NCBI GenBank assembly: GCA_036867785.1
Contig: CP145409.1
Location: forward strand, 1,302,001-1,366,000
Source: Plasmodiophora brassicae
Lineage: Eukaryota
Reading direction: 5' to 3'
Length of the DNA: 64,000 nucleotides
Shown one piece after another: positions 23,585 through 36,749 of this stretch; positions within the stretch are counted from its first letter, which is position 1, and every line of letters starts with the position of its first letter. The translations under genes and the position numbers were made by a program. The notes under the pieces were generated by a model, which was not told where the DNA came from, did no database searches, and saw only the letters and a list, made by a program, of their open reading frames with translations.

Positions 23585-23964
23585 TTCCGCCCATAGTTCA
23601 CGTGGTCATTGTGTTTCCTCTATACAGGATGGACTTATGTAGATAATGCTCATCACGATGCATTGCAATAATAATGTTAGTTTAGTTTAGTTTATTTGTG
23701 TTTCGCGCTTTTAACGCAGGCGCCTCGTTCTCGGATCCGAGGACCGTAGGCAATAATAATGTTAATTGACTCGGGCGTGGCTTGAGCCTGTTGACCTTTG
23801 GCGAGCGAGTATGTCGGTCTATACTTACCTACCGTAGGAGCTGCACCCGATCGCACGGACTGCGCGAGGCGAGCGCCCATCTCTCATCGAGACGCGCCCA
23901 CGTTCGTCTGCTTGCCCGGGATCGTCTGCGATTGAGGACTGATGATATTGCATTCCTGTGCAGG

Positions 23965-24108
23965 ATGTTCTTTGGCGAGCGCCCTCAACCCGACATGAAG
24001 AAGGTCCGACGCGAACTGACGCAGAAAGCTATCTGGATGGGTTCGTTCGTGGCCGTCGTCCGCATCCTGCCATTCGTATTCCGCAAGGTCGCTGAACGCC
24101 TTGAATAA
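23965..24108 (+). CDS. TOM5: TOM5-like small mitochondrial outer-membrane translocase subunit (47 aa)
   Basis: MFFGERPQPDMKKVRRELTQKAIWMGSFVAVVRILPFVFRKVAERLE: MF start, C-terminal TM with Pro (VAxxRxxPFxxKK as in metazoan TOMM5) and a basic tail. Confidence 0.65.
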   Translation: MFFGERPQPDMKKVRRELTQKAIWMGSFVAVVRILPFVFRKVAERLE

Positions 24109-24249
24109 GATCAACGTCGACACCCGTACCATTAAACCTGGAGATCGATGAGTTACAGACTGGGCGATTCGATCTCATCGGCACGAGACGTGTCTGGCCG
24201 CCCCAATGCGTTCGAGTAATTGTCTTGACGCCGGTACTGGCTTACGAGT

Positions 24250-25332
24250 ACTAGCAAAGAACATGCTGAGCATCAGCGTTTGACGGCCAGTCGACCCTGT
24301 CCATAAAGGGGCGATACCACTGGACAACATCGCCGGCCGCCACGCCCGTCGGCTGCCCGACCTTCAGCAACGCCTTCACGCAAACGCATCACCGTAACCC
24401 ATGCCACAACGGTCGCACATACCAAGTTGGACCGGAAAGTGGATGCGCTTGCGGCCCACCAAAGCGATTTAGCCTGTGTGGGTACACTTCACTGCTATTA
24501 GCAGTTGCTCGACCCGTCGGAATCAAAAACGGGAGAGCGGGGACGACAACGCATCTCGTTTCAGGGACCTGTATTTTTCACAACGTCGTACGCTGCCGGC
24601 TGCAGCAGGCGTCATGGATGCCGCTGAACACGTCCTCGAGGAGCAGGCCGGCGGAGAGCGCCAGAAGTCCAAGTCGGTGGCTTATGATCTCAGGTCGCAT
24701 CCGCGTTGCCGCAAAGTGAAGGGCGGTCGGCGCTGACGGGCGCGTCCAGGTTCGACGACAGGCCGTTCCGCAGCCCATCCCGATTCGCCGGTGCCAAGCC
24801 ATTCTCGTAACGGGCGAGCTCGGTACTCCACTATTTGGTTCGGACAGTGACGGATGCCTGACGTAGGCCGAAGCGCCCCGACAATGGTCCTGACGCGAAC
24901 AGGAGACCCGCCTCTCCTCATATGGTGAATCTTAGGCTGTCACCACGTTCGGGAAACCCTAATGTCCTTCTGTTCCCTGATACCCCAGAGCACACGAATG
25001 AGGAGCTCGTTCACTTTGCCAGTGAAGGCGAGAATGTGGGCGAAATTGCCGAAATTTCGTCTCCATTGCAGTGCGCTTGCGTTGCTCCCGTTATCGGTCT
25101 TGCCACGTTTGGTGCTGGAGACGATGGGAAACACATCCAGATATGCCCGGATGGGATCGATAATGGCACGATCGTCATCAGCACCGTTGTCGGCGTGAAT
25201 GTACACGTTCAAGATGGTCGGACCCTGTCGAACAGGTCCGAGTCGTATTTGTGTCCTACTCGCTCGCTGCTTTATCGATTTCTGATATGCAGACCCACCC
25301 AGGTTCGACGTCGTCGATAGTTTAGGCGGCAT
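24250..25332 (-). CDS. Possible multi-exon hypothetical protein
   Basis: Coding-like segments (MPPKLSTTSN...IIDPIRAYLDVFPIV...NFAHILAFTGKVNELLIRVLWG; VVQWYRPFMDRVDW). Structure is uncertain. Confidence 0.3.
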
Positions 25333-26068
25333 CTTCGTATTCGAAGGCGGATGCAGTCGACAATGCTGGTCGTGGTGCGAATCTGTTCGCGACACAACAT
25401 CACTCCGGGTGCCAGCATCGGTTCCCGCATCGGTCATCAACATCGTTGAACGTTCCACCGCCATGATCGCTCCTCGGTGAACGCCAGACGGCGTTCAGTC
25501 CAACATGTACCGTAAACGGCTCCATGAAGACGGCTCGTAGTTGCGGTAACCTAGCCTGGCTGGACAATGCGATTCTGCGTAACCATTCGCAAGGGGTCGT
25601 TTGATTCGCGATGGAAGGGGTGGAAGGGGTGTGTGTCACTGAATATAAGTAGGGCATGCCTGCGTTATTATCTATCAGGTTTCGCGACACCCCTTGCAAC
25701 GATGGTTCTGGTGACCGTACAGGCATATTAATCCCTCACAATCTTGTTTTGGATCCTGAAGCGACCATGCACATTCTTTACACGTGGAATGAATCGTTTC
25801 AATTGCTTATGCACAACGAACGCTTTCCGCAACAACGCTTGCAGTTAGGTCTCTGGACACCAGTGTCCACACAGATGACACTCCCAATACGGCTTTGCAA
25901 GTTGCGGTTCGGTGCCCGAAACCGTCCCGGCCCAACCCCTCCAAAACGTCCGCTGCTGAGCTGCACTGCGCTTTTTGCTCCGTTGAGATTTCGTTTTCAT
26001 GATGGCGGCCGCCGTGTTGTACAAAATGGAATGAATGAGGCGACTGGAGGTCGCATCGTTAGACGAGA

Positions 26069-27283
26069 ATGGACAGTGGGTCGTTCGTGGACATGGACGC
26101 TGTCGAGGCGCCCGTGCCTGTCGTCGAGGACACTATCATGGATGTCGACCCGCTGGCGGAGGCGCTGGGATGCGCGCCGATAACGCGACTTGCCGTCAAT
26201 GACCATGCCGTTGCCGTGACTTGCTGTGGACGGTTTCGCGCGATAAATCAGGTCAGATCGACCCAGCTAACCATTAAATTTCATCGTGTTTCAACGAGCT
26301 CTCCTTTAGGATCGCGTATGCCTCGAACAACTGCCTGACGATGATATCGTTGCAGGTGTTTTCGACGGGCACGGATTCCTGGGCGAGAACGCTGCGTTGC
26401 TATGCTCGGCGGCGGTACCGTCGATGGTTGCCAGCGGTAAATCGTTTCCTGAATGCCTTCGGGCTCTGCAATCGGTACTCGTGCAGATAGCCGACAATGA
26501 GCACCGCAGATTGCCCGAAGAGGGCTTCGATTATGGGACGACGGCGGCCATCGTCCGCATCTCGGGGCTCCAGGTGAAATGCGCCTGGGTTGGCGATTCT
26601 CGCATTGCCTTGTTTGAGGAGAATGCGAGGACGCGGACCTGGTCATGGCAATGGTCGTCAATGGTAAGGCACATACCGTCGACGAAATGTGTATTGTGTA
26701 ATGCTTTTTATGAAAACCATGCAGGAACACAATCCCGAGACTCATGAAGCGGAGAAAGTTCGTCTCCTGCAATCGCCTGCGCGAACCACTGTGGTCGCTG
26801 GTAGCACCCGGGTGTACCCGCGTTCGATGTCTCTGGAGGACGCTGTTCGGAACAAGTTAACGCTGAACATGTCCCGGGCACTCGGTCATCGCATTCTGGT
26901 CCAGCATGGGGTATCGCCAGATCCCGACGTTCACGAAATCACGCTGAGTCGTCTACGAAACGTTAGTGCTGTAGCGCGATGTAACTGTAACCTGAATACC
27001 TAGACTCACCTCGTTGTTGTAGAGTTGTATCGTGATTGCAAGCGACGGCATATGGGATGTCCTCGAGGAGTCAGATGTTGCCCAGATCCTGACAAAGCAT
27101 ATGTCGCATGGCGTCCTGACTGTCGCTGAGGCGCTCCTGGCCAAGAGTGACCGTGCGTGGAGTGACTGTGCGACAGGAGACAACATGAGGTCTTCCAATA
27201 ATCATCACCTGGACGACCGCAAATCTAATCGATTGCATATCTACAGTGTCATTATCATAAGGATATTAAAGTCGGCTTCGTAA
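26069..27283 (+). CDS. Protein phosphatase 2C (PPM family), multi-exon
   Basis: GVFDGHG, GTTA, WVGDSR, LNMSRALGH, IASDGIWDVL and GDN motifs in order. Confidence 0.9.
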
Positions 27284-27367
27284 CGCGCAAGGAGGCTCGT
27301 TCCGTATTCTCTACGCATCGGAAATGACATTCGCACGTTTTAAACAGACACCTGTTTACTTTACTGT

Positions 27368-27862
27368 TCAACATGTTTCGTTTATATTTAACACTGCTGA
27401 CTGGCAAATGTGCCAACAATGCAGATAGTAAACGAACCGACTTCTCTCTAGCACATCTGTTTGCAAGCACAGCGTAGCATGCTGCTGTACCCGTCAAAGA
27501 TTCGTGTGCATGCCCGTGTTAACCAGAGCGACCTATAGAGTACATAAACATCGAAACCTTGCGCAACCTGAAGTAGCCTGGATTGCCAGCAGCGCAGACA
27601 ATGCCAGAAATGCTTCTTCACATGGGGCTACCACGTCACATTTCGGGCGCCGCTTGCAGCTTGACATTCTCCAGGCTAATTCTCGGGTTTACACAGCCTC
27701 GTATGATAGAGGTTTTCAATCTGTTCCGCTTAGATTTAGCACGGCTGACTGGAAGCACTTGCCAGCGATGTAGATAGTAAACGGATGATGTTCACTCTAG
27801 CACAACTGTTTGCAAGCACAGCGTGGCAACAATATCGCTGTGCCCGTCAAAGATATGTGTGC
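27368..27862. repeat. Diverged ~145-bp direct repeat (27368-27510 and 27715-27862) in AT-rich intergenic DNA
   Basis: Shared blocks gctgactgg, agatagtaaacg, ctctagcaca, ctgtttgcaagcacagcgt and cccgtcaaagat. Confidence 0.8.
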
Positions 27863-28726
27863 TGACGCATCGCCGATCTCCACGATGAGCAATAGCCACA
27901 GCACCGATATTGCTCATCGCCGAGTACCTGATCGGGAACGATGCGTTCCAGGCGAAAAGAGGTTCTGGACTCCGGTCTGAACGCCGTCACGGACTCCGCA
28001 ACGGCTCTCCGCACTGTGTGCTGCGCCTGCGCGCTATATGTGAGGCCAGCCTTAAATCTGCGCCATTGGGGGTGATCATTTGATCAAGCGCAATTATTAT
28101 TTCTCGTGTCCTGTTTTCCACAAATGCGGTCAGTTACCACTGCAGAGCAGTTTGCCGGACACGATACGCTTCATATCGCCATGGCAATGAATCGGTTCTG
28201 GCAGACTGTTTGCTTGCTGGGTTTTGTGGTATCCGAGTACCTATTACGGTTAGCACTGAAGCAGAAAATTAACCGCAGGCATTGCAGCATCAGGGACTGT
28301 GTCAACGCTTGGAACTCGAGGGCACACTGGTTGGTCTTCTGCACCCCGCTTCCCAGTAAGGGACGTTTTGCCATTCTGTTGTCATCAATTGCGTTCTCCA
28401 CGGCTCTGTGCAGATTGAATGGTGGTTAACGTACCTTAGCAGACACACGTTCGACACATAATGGGTTGAACAGTCATGACTACAATTCCGCTTTGAAGCA
28501 GCGGGACGCAGGATGGCACCCTGTTGCAAGCAGCAACGGACAACGGCGCCCATGGTGTAGCATCTTTGGTACGGCTGCGACGTTTGCCCCAATCTTGGAT
28601 GAGGTATTCTCCTTGGAGAGGTACGTTCACTTCGCAAGGCGGAGCTCAGTACTCGGAGGAAGAGGGCGCACGATAGGTTATGATAAATAATCATAGCTGA
28701 ACATTTTATAAAAGTATGCTGCCCAA

Positions 28727-31123
28727 TCATACAATATCCGCGTCGACGACTGCTTCTTGCTGTGGCGGCTCCGAGGACCCGTCCAGTTCTGTCTTGACAC
28801 TGTCGTTGGACCTGCCAATATCGTTTGTATCGTCGGCGCCAGACTTCGCGTCAAACAAGGAAACGACGTGCGGCGCCCAGGGAATCGGCGACGCCCTGGC
28901 ACAGACCCTCAATTTAACGAACCTCGCAGTGGATAGAGCATTGCAACGTACTTGAAGACTGCCTCCCATGCAGAGGCGCGAAAGAAGCTCTCCGTATCTT
29001 CGGAATCCTCGTAGTAGAACTTCTGGATCGTCGGGACTTCAAGGCCGGGCGGGCCACTATATGTGCGGGCGTCGACTCGAAGAACGTTCTGAACGGTAGC
29101 GACGCTACAGTCGTCAGGTAGAGCTCTTTGACTCAGGCGATTGATGAAGTCATGCACCTGCGAACGTACTACGGTCAGACACGACGTGGCGTGTGGACGT
29201 GAACAATGTTACGATTATCCACAGGTATTCAGCGACGTGCCCTAGCTCGCGATCGTGGTGAAACGGTTCCAGAATGCGCTGGTCGTGCATGAGGCAATAC
29301 AACAAAGGGACATTGTCGCCCAAGCTTCCGTTCGTTAGGCACGCGCACACGATATCCAGGACAGTCCGGACGTATTGCTCTGCACATGACGTGATTTAGT
29401 GCCTATCACGGCATCACGAGCCAGACAGACTTACGGAAAGCGACAATGTCACCAGGTGACAGCAGATCGTCTTCGCAGAATGATTGCCGTCTCGAAACGT
29501 TCACCCGCGGTTGATCAGAGGTGCACGCCCGCGACGCAATAACGCCTCGATCGCAGAGGCGCTGATATCGACGAGACAGCCCTCCGAGAAGGCCGACCAG
29601 ACGCTGGGCAGTGTGCCTGTGGGTCCCGGTCGTATGCGGCGCCAGGTTACTCAGTGCTGCTAGACAACTTGAATGCAGGTACGCATCGCGAAGCGTCGCC
29701 TGGTTTCGTTGGATCGTGCGCAGGATCACCGCCATGATGAGGCTACCAAGGCTGATGTCACTCAGGTGAAACTCGGCGAACCAGGGCACGTTCGAGATAA
29801 TGAGTCGACGATGCGCGTTGTCGCAGAACGAATCGTCCTGCAACAGAAGAATCAGGCCGATTGCACCGCGCCAACCGGCGGTTCGACAGTACCGACACTG
29901 CTCAGAATGATCAGGATGACAATGATGGTGTAGATGCGGCTGGAATCAAACCGCTCCTCGCTGTACGCCATTTCCAACATGGGCATGACGACGCAGTCGA
30001 CGTCCGACTTCGAGTATAGGAAGTCGCAGAACGCCTTGTTGCTATGCAGCATGGTGAACAGCAGCGAGACGGCCCAGTCCTGCGACGAGCGCTCAAACAG
30101 GCAATGCACGAGCGCTTCGAACACCCGGTCGAACGAGACCGTCACAATTCCAGCCGCCCGGGTTTGATCATCGTTATCAGCATCAGCCGCTGCGCTTAAC
30201 ACCTCGCGAAACGCGTTGTCATCGCGCCCGCCCTGATGCGCCAGAACCAGCAGCAGAAACGCGGCACTGTCGGAGATCTGACTCGCAGCACTGCTCTTGG
30301 CGAACAGGACCCGGTAGATTTGGAACGGCCACAGCAGAACGCTGACGAACGATTCCCGCAGCGACTGGAACCACGACGGCGACGAATGCGATCCCGTTCG
30401 TGCAACCGGCGAGATCATCGACACTGGCGCGCGCCGGACGAACCTCGCCAGCAGCACCTGGCAGAACGTGGCGAACTTGCCAGCGAGCGTGTCGAAGAAT
30501 TCGTCTAGAAACAGGTTGGACCCGGAGCTCCCCGCGAACATTTGTGTGGAGAAGAGGACGAGAAGCAGGTTCTGGAGTTCGACGTGGAAGTCCATGGTGT
30601 CGTCGGTCAACGGAACGCGAACGCACGCGTCGACGACAACGTTCAGGAGGCGCTGCGGGATGGGCAGGTGCGACATGGACTTGGAATGGACAGGAACGAT
30701 GGCGATGGCAACGGCATGCGTTACGTTCGAAGAGACGGCGGGTTCTAAATGCTCGCGGAGCTGGTCGGATGGCAACTTCTCACAGAAGTATTTCATGAAG
30801 GTCCGCGCCAGAAAGACGAGGTTCGTGGTTGTCGGGACGACAGGCGATCCCGCGACGGTTTCGCCAAGGCGCTCACAAACGATGGCAAGTAGGACGTTCA
30901 GGTTCCTGGACTCCAGGTTGTTCTTCACCATCTGCGAACAGGTGATGTCGATGACGCGCGACACCTGGCTGGCGTCGAGATGGTCCAACGAGAACCGCAG
31001 GAGGTGGAGTCGGGACCAGAACGCATGGTCCGGCGGCAGGCTGCGACGACCGGACAGCAGGCCCAGGTCGGACTGGTCGCCTTCGACCAGACGCTGCTCA
31101 GCGACAGATAAGCCGCCGCCCAT
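28727..31123 (-). CDS. DYM: Dymeclin (multi-exon)
   Basis: MGG N-myristoylation start; LLLVLFSTQMF, LLFTMLHSN, YTIIVILIILS|QDDSF, ISLGSLIMAVILRTIQRN..RDAYLHSSCLAALSNLAP and FYYED...FF. Confidence 0.9.
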
Positions 31124-31557
31124 CGCGCGCCACCGACCGGTCTGCGGACCTGGATTTCGAATTTATCGCGCTCTGCCGACCTCGCTTTTTGAGATTATTA
31201 TTTTATTGCGAACGTGACGCGATGGTAACGCCCGAAAATTATGGACGCTTTCAGAGTCGCCGCCGGAAGCCGTTTCGAAAGTGCTGTAGCCGGGATGGTT
31301 ATTGGGAAGACGGACGGAAACCCGGGTGCATCATCGTCGTCCGCGCGCAATGCCAATCAGGGTGATGCGAGTCCGCGCGGAATTGCTGCTGCTGGCCCCG
31401 AATGCTGCATGGCGGTAGGCTCGCCACTCGGCATCAGGCGGCGCTACGGTATCCATGCAGATTGACGACGGCAGTGGCACGTCGCCTGACGACGCATGAA
31501 CCGGCCCGGTCGCCATTCGTGCCGTCGTCGGTGCCCAGGAATTCCGTCAAATGGGGA

Positions 31558-32370
31558 ATGGGTGTCTTGGATCGCCTCGGGGTCTCCGTCCACGATGAAT
31601 CATCATCGTTCGAGGCCATGTTCGGCGCGCACAGGTCCAATTCCCTGTACGCGCACAACGTGCGAGCGCAGCGCATTCTGGACATGGACCTGTCATCACT
31701 AGAGGCGGTCGACGAACAGATCCGCGTCGATAGGATGTCGTCCTCTCCGGACGACATTGTCGTCATGTTGCTTAAGAGCCTGCGCGAGGTGGCGTACTTT
31801 CCTTTGTCGGAAAAGATGCACGTCGATCTCGTCATGTATTCGTTGTTCGTTATCGCTGAATTTCTCACGGCCGACATCGACATCATCCTGAGCCCCGACG
31901 TCGGCTTCAACGTCTTTATGCCTGTCGGCAGCAGCCAGGGCACCGTCGGCATCTCAGCCGTGACGAATTTGGCCATTCGCCGACGCTCCACACTCTCGAT
32001 TGTTGTCAAATCGGACGAGCCAGGCGAGGGGGGCGACACAGATCTCCCAGCGCAGCTGTTCGCGAGCATGGCTGGCGCCTACTTCACGAACATGATTAAC
32101 TGCGACACCGACGAACAGGACATGTTCGGCGTCAGCCTGGTCGGAACCTTGCCGACCATCTTCAAAGTGCACTTCACTCGACAGAAATTCAACGCGTTAC
32201 GACGGGCATTGGTTTGCGCGCGCGACGCTTCAGCTCCCCTTCTCGAAATGCGTCGATACGACCTTGGCACGGAGCAGAATGCGTTGCCGACCTTCGCGTC
32301 GGACGATAAGGACCACCTCCGCCATGTGTTCCAGTGCCTGTTCGCCCTGCGTCAGTCCATCGGCACATGA
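31558..32370 (+). CDS. Hypothetical protein with degenerate PD-(D/E)XK restriction-endonuclease-like fold
   Basis: LSIVVKSDE...AQLFASMAGAYFTN...MFGVSLVGTLPTIFKVHFT resembles the Crinkler-type REase pattern (EDK..QLIAEAIAA..N...GITM.GT.P.FYK). Confidence 0.5.
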   Translation: MGVLDRLGVSVHDESSSFEAMFGAHRSNSLYAHNVRAQRILDMDLSSLEAVDEQIRVDRMSSSPDDIVVMLLKSLREVAYFPLSEKMHVDLVMYSLFVIAEFLTADIDIILSPDVGFNVFMPVGSSQGTVGISAVTNLAIRRRSTLSIVVKSDEPGEGGDTDLPAQLFASMAGAYFTNMINCDTDEQDMFGVSLVGTLPTIFKVHFTRQKFNALRRALVCARDASAPLLEMRRYDLGTEQNALPTFASDDKDHLRHVFQCLFALRQSIGT

Positions 32371-32571
32371 CTAGAAATACAGCAGAGCGTCCCCCCCCCA
32401 TCGTCGGCGGCCGCGCGTGATGGCGTTCCGGCGCCCCCGTTTATAGCGCCGCCCATCCCATGCCAAGGAGCGCGGCGCCACCATGATTGGGCCAATGTCG
32501 CCGGGGAGGAAACCCCCAACTTGGACAAAGCGTTTTTGTTCGCGTTCGATCAGGTGGGATCGTCGGCGACG

Positions 32572-34443
32572 ATGACGAAGCTGAGCCTGGCGGACAAGGT
32601 GGCCCTCGTCGGCAAGACGGCGACGGTGCTGGGGCGCAATACGAACCAGGCCCGCGGCATCGCCAAGTTCGCGATCGGGTTCATGAAGGGGACGCTCGGC
32701 GCCGGCCCCGACGATTCCGTCTATGACCGCGTCGAGCTGTTCCATACCGACTCGGTCGTCTGCGGCCTGTCGGCCCTGGCGCTGAGGACGAATGCGCCGA
32801 CTGTGCTTCGCGAGGAGGCCCTGAAATACAAGTGGAACAATGGCGCCACTGTCTTCGGTTCAAACGTGTCTGTCGCCCCTGAAAAGGTACAACCTTATTG
32901 CAATGCGTTGTGGTTCGACACCGTTTTAGAAATGTGTTGGCAGGCTATTGCGGCGAACTCGTCCGCCGTTCGCGAATGGGATTCCAACGGCACCGTCTTC
33001 GGGTAACAAGACCGGTGTTTGCATCAGCCCGGCTTTGTCTAATGACGTTATCCAGGTTTAACGGCAAACTCGGGGAAGAGCACACGGCGGGAGAATTTGG
33101 TCATAACGGTATGTAATTTCGATCGGCACCTTGATTAACACCTCAATCGAAGCCGGCGTAGACTTTTACCCGGTTGTTGTTGCGGCGTGTCAGATCAAGA
33201 AAGTCGACGGAAAGACGGCTGCTAAGGCCATGATCATGCTGGACGAAATTCGTGGTCGCCTGGCCGAAGTATTCAGCTTGAAGTCGTACAGAATTGACCG
33301 TAAATGGATCGCTTTAGCTGTGCGATGCAGCGACCTAACCACTTCGTGCCTGTAGATGTCGTCCACGGCGCAATCGCATCGGCTGCGACATACGGTGCAC
33401 TTCTGGACGCCACTGAGGAACAGGTCGGAACGCCCCCCGTAGACTTCCATGTCCCTTGTTGATCCGGCTCCCAGATCGAGAGCGCAATCGGTATGGTTGT
33501 GGCTCATTACATTCCCTGGCGCGCGATTCGTGCTGGACATCAGTTGAGCGATTCCAAAGGCGCAAGCGCAGCGCTCAGCACCGAGGTTGCGATCATGTCA
33601 ATGCAGAGGTCGATGCAAGGTTTCGTCGGCCCGGCAGATATCTTCCGCAACCCAGAGGCGATCTTCCGCCAGTTCGAGCCGAGCCCGAAAGGCAGCGAAG
33701 ACTCGCCATTTGACCTGGCCCTGAGCCACTCCGGCAGCGACTTTGCTGTCATGGGCATGCACTTCAAGCTTGGTCTGTACGAACATCAGTCAGCTGGCGC
33801 GCTTCAAGGTGTCATCAATCTGTTGAAGGGTTCACCGCAGCTCGCGACTTCAGTCGACGGCATCAAGTCAATCAAGGTCGTTGCTTACCAGCCTGCTTTC
33901 GGGATCATCGGCGATCCGGCGAAGCGAGACCCAAAGACGCGACAGTCTGCTGATCACTCGATGGTGTTCATCGTGTCGCGACTGTTGCTGAAGGCCATCA
34001 AGCTTGGACCGAGCAAACTGGCGGCTGCGTCAGACGGCACAAATGACCTGTGGAAGCAGTTGATCCTTACACCAGCCGACTACAGCCACGATGCCCTGAC
34101 CTGCAAGGAGACGCGCTCACTGATGGAACGTATTTCGTTCGAGCATGGTGGCAAAGAGTATGACGAGAAGTACCCGGATGGCATCCCGACGTCCGTTGTC
34201 ATCACTGACGCTAAGGGCGCCGTCCACGACAGCAAGCTCGTCATGTACCCCAGCGGACACGCTCGGAACTCTACCTGCGACCTGTCAGGCATTCTGCAAT
34301 CCAAATTCCTGAAACTCGCCTCCCTCGCGGTCGACGATGCCCCCGCCCTCATCAAGAAGCTGTCAGGACTGAAGTCGAAGACTGCCTCCGATATCGCCTC
34401 GCTCTACGACTGCAAGCTCGTTCTTCGTGACCCTATCGACTAG
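32572..34443 (+). CDS. prpD: 2-methylcitrate dehydratase (MmgE/PrpD), multi-exon
   Basis: VREWDSNGT, GEFGHN|DFYP, ID|HVVHGAI, RAIRAGHQLSDSKG, FKLGLYEHQSAG, RQSADHS and YPSGHARN. Confidence 0.9.
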
Positions 34444-34848
34444 AGAGTGCTTCTCGCAAACTTCCATGACTGCGATTACTAAACCTGCGGGCTACGACCC
34501 AAATTCTCTTTGATAATTGTGGGGCAATCCCTTCTCTCTGTGGCGATGGTCTTGGATATGGAGACTACGAGTTACCTAGATCCTGCACTGGGACGTCTAC
34601 CTGGACTATGTACATCCCGACGCTCCTTATGATGGAGTAAGGACGGACTACAAACTGTTGTTTAGTGCTCGTGAAACTTTCAGCATTGACGATTCCCGCG
34701 TCCATGCCCGTCAACGAAGACCACTCAGATGAAATGTAACTTGTGCCGTTATCTGCTCATGCTACGATATGCAGGGCATACGTGTTCTGCACCCTGAGCT
34801 GTCCTTTGAGTGTATTGAGACAGTTATTGTATCGTATGTTCTAACTAA

Positions 34849-36447
34849 TCAGGCAGCACGCTGCGTCTCCGTCTTGAATTCGTGGTTGATAGAGTTAGCA
34901 GGAACACCTTTGACCCAGTCAGGGGCAGTTGGGTGGCGTGCATTCTTGTTGCCTTTCGAACTGCCATGGTCGAACCCGATCGCATGCAGATTCGCGTACT
35001 GCAATGAAGGACAAGTCAGACATTGCATGTACACACGGTGGCAGCAGGAACAGACCATGTCATACATCGCACGCCAGTACGTCGTGACATTGTAATGCAG
35101 GCCCAACTCGGGAACCTCTGCGGCAAGCGCACGTACAGCAGCGTGGACGCGCGGATCGGCCTGCTTGTGGTGCGGCATGAGAGGCCACAAGTGGTGAATA
35201 ACCTGGTAGTTCAGGTAGCCCTGGCAAATAGACCATTAAGACCAACAGCATGGTGATAAACCCAGCAAATGTCACACCATCAGCCAATCAACGAACTGGT
35301 CGCACACGTAGCCAAGCGCTGGGCCCACCGCCTTCGAGTGGCTGTGAATCTGAGGCCACTCAATTCAGTAAAGCACGCGGTTTGAGGAATAGTACACCCT
35401 TACATCGATGGTGCGACGGAGCGACCTTTCGACCCAGTGCTCCCGAACATGGTTGTGCAAGAACGGCATCGTCGTGTGCGACAGGGCGAAGTTCGTGAAC
35501 AGAAGTGAGGCCTCGACACCGGACGCGAAGAAGTGCAGGGCCAGGGTGGACGCCAGGCCGAGCTTCGGGTAGAAGAGCATGAACCAGAGCGCCCAGTGCA
35601 TGATGACAAAGAAACCATCCAACAGCGCCATTCGCATGAGGATGTTCTTCGGGTGCAACCAGAACTGCCAGAAGTGGACAAGGCCCCATACGAGCGCCTG
35701 GTACGTCCAGGCCTGGATGCGCATCATCACAGGGCTGCCCCACTGCGCCGTCAGCGAGTCCAACGCCAGCGGCAGCGTGTCCATGTCGACGTCGGCACCA
35801 TGACGCTGCGGATCGGCATGGTGTCGATTGTGCGCCCGACGCCACCAGTTCGCGCTGCCAGCCTCGCCAATCCCGAACCAGAACGATCCGAGGAATTTGT
35901 TCAGCGTGTGGTTCTTCGACGAGCTCCCATGGTTGCATTCGTGCTGGAACCAGCCGGAACGCTGCATGAACACGCCCATACAGGTGGCGCCGTGAAACCA
36001 TCCGAACCAGGCCCCCGGCGACAACGCGCACCAGGCACCCCATGCGAAGATCGCCCAGATCTCAAACTGGCGCCAGAGGAGGTGCTGCCACGTGTAGTCG
36101 AACATGCCCATGGCTTTCAGGTCGCGCGTCACGGTCTTGAACTTGTTCGACAGGCGCTCGTCGTACGGGCGCTTGGCGCGCATTGCTTTGATTTCCTCAG
36201 GGGTCAGTGAGCGCGACTTGCCCTTGGCCTTCAGCTCCGACAGCTTCTTCAACGGTTCCTTCGATTGCCCATGCAGAGAGTCGAACGCGATCGTGGCGTC
36301 GGCCGGGAATCCCGCATCGGGCGGGTTGCACTGGTTCAGAAGGATCGACCCACCGGGGTGCTTGAAGTCGGTGACATCGTAGACAACGCCGTTGATCACA
36401 ACCTCGGCCTTGCCCTGGCCATGCGGGTACGACTGACGCTGCCCCAT
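34849..36447 (-). CDS. Front-end (delta-5/delta-6-type) fatty acid desaturase with N-terminal cytochrome b5
   Basis: HPGG heme motif; His boxes HECNH and HNRHH; third box QVIHH (Q for H, diagnostic of front-end desaturases). Confidence 0.93.
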
Positions 36448-36749
36448 GACCTTGCTTGTCTCGTCGCGCGCACGAGCCCAAGATGGAAATGAGAGACACC
36501 ACGGCGTTCTCCGCACCGCACGGGCAACCCCGCTGGGCCGGCACGGACTTTGCAACACCGTCGACGGACAACGAGGGTTCTGCGCGGCGAAGATTTACCA
36601 GTCGACATTGTCTAAAACGGGGATCGCATGTCGCGCTTTCCGACCGGAGCTGGTGGGTGCTGGCAATGCCCCTACGTAGGTTCGGATGCGGCTCCAAGGA
36701 GCGGCTGCAAAACCACGGATGGACTGCCGGCAACAGGGAACCACGCTTG

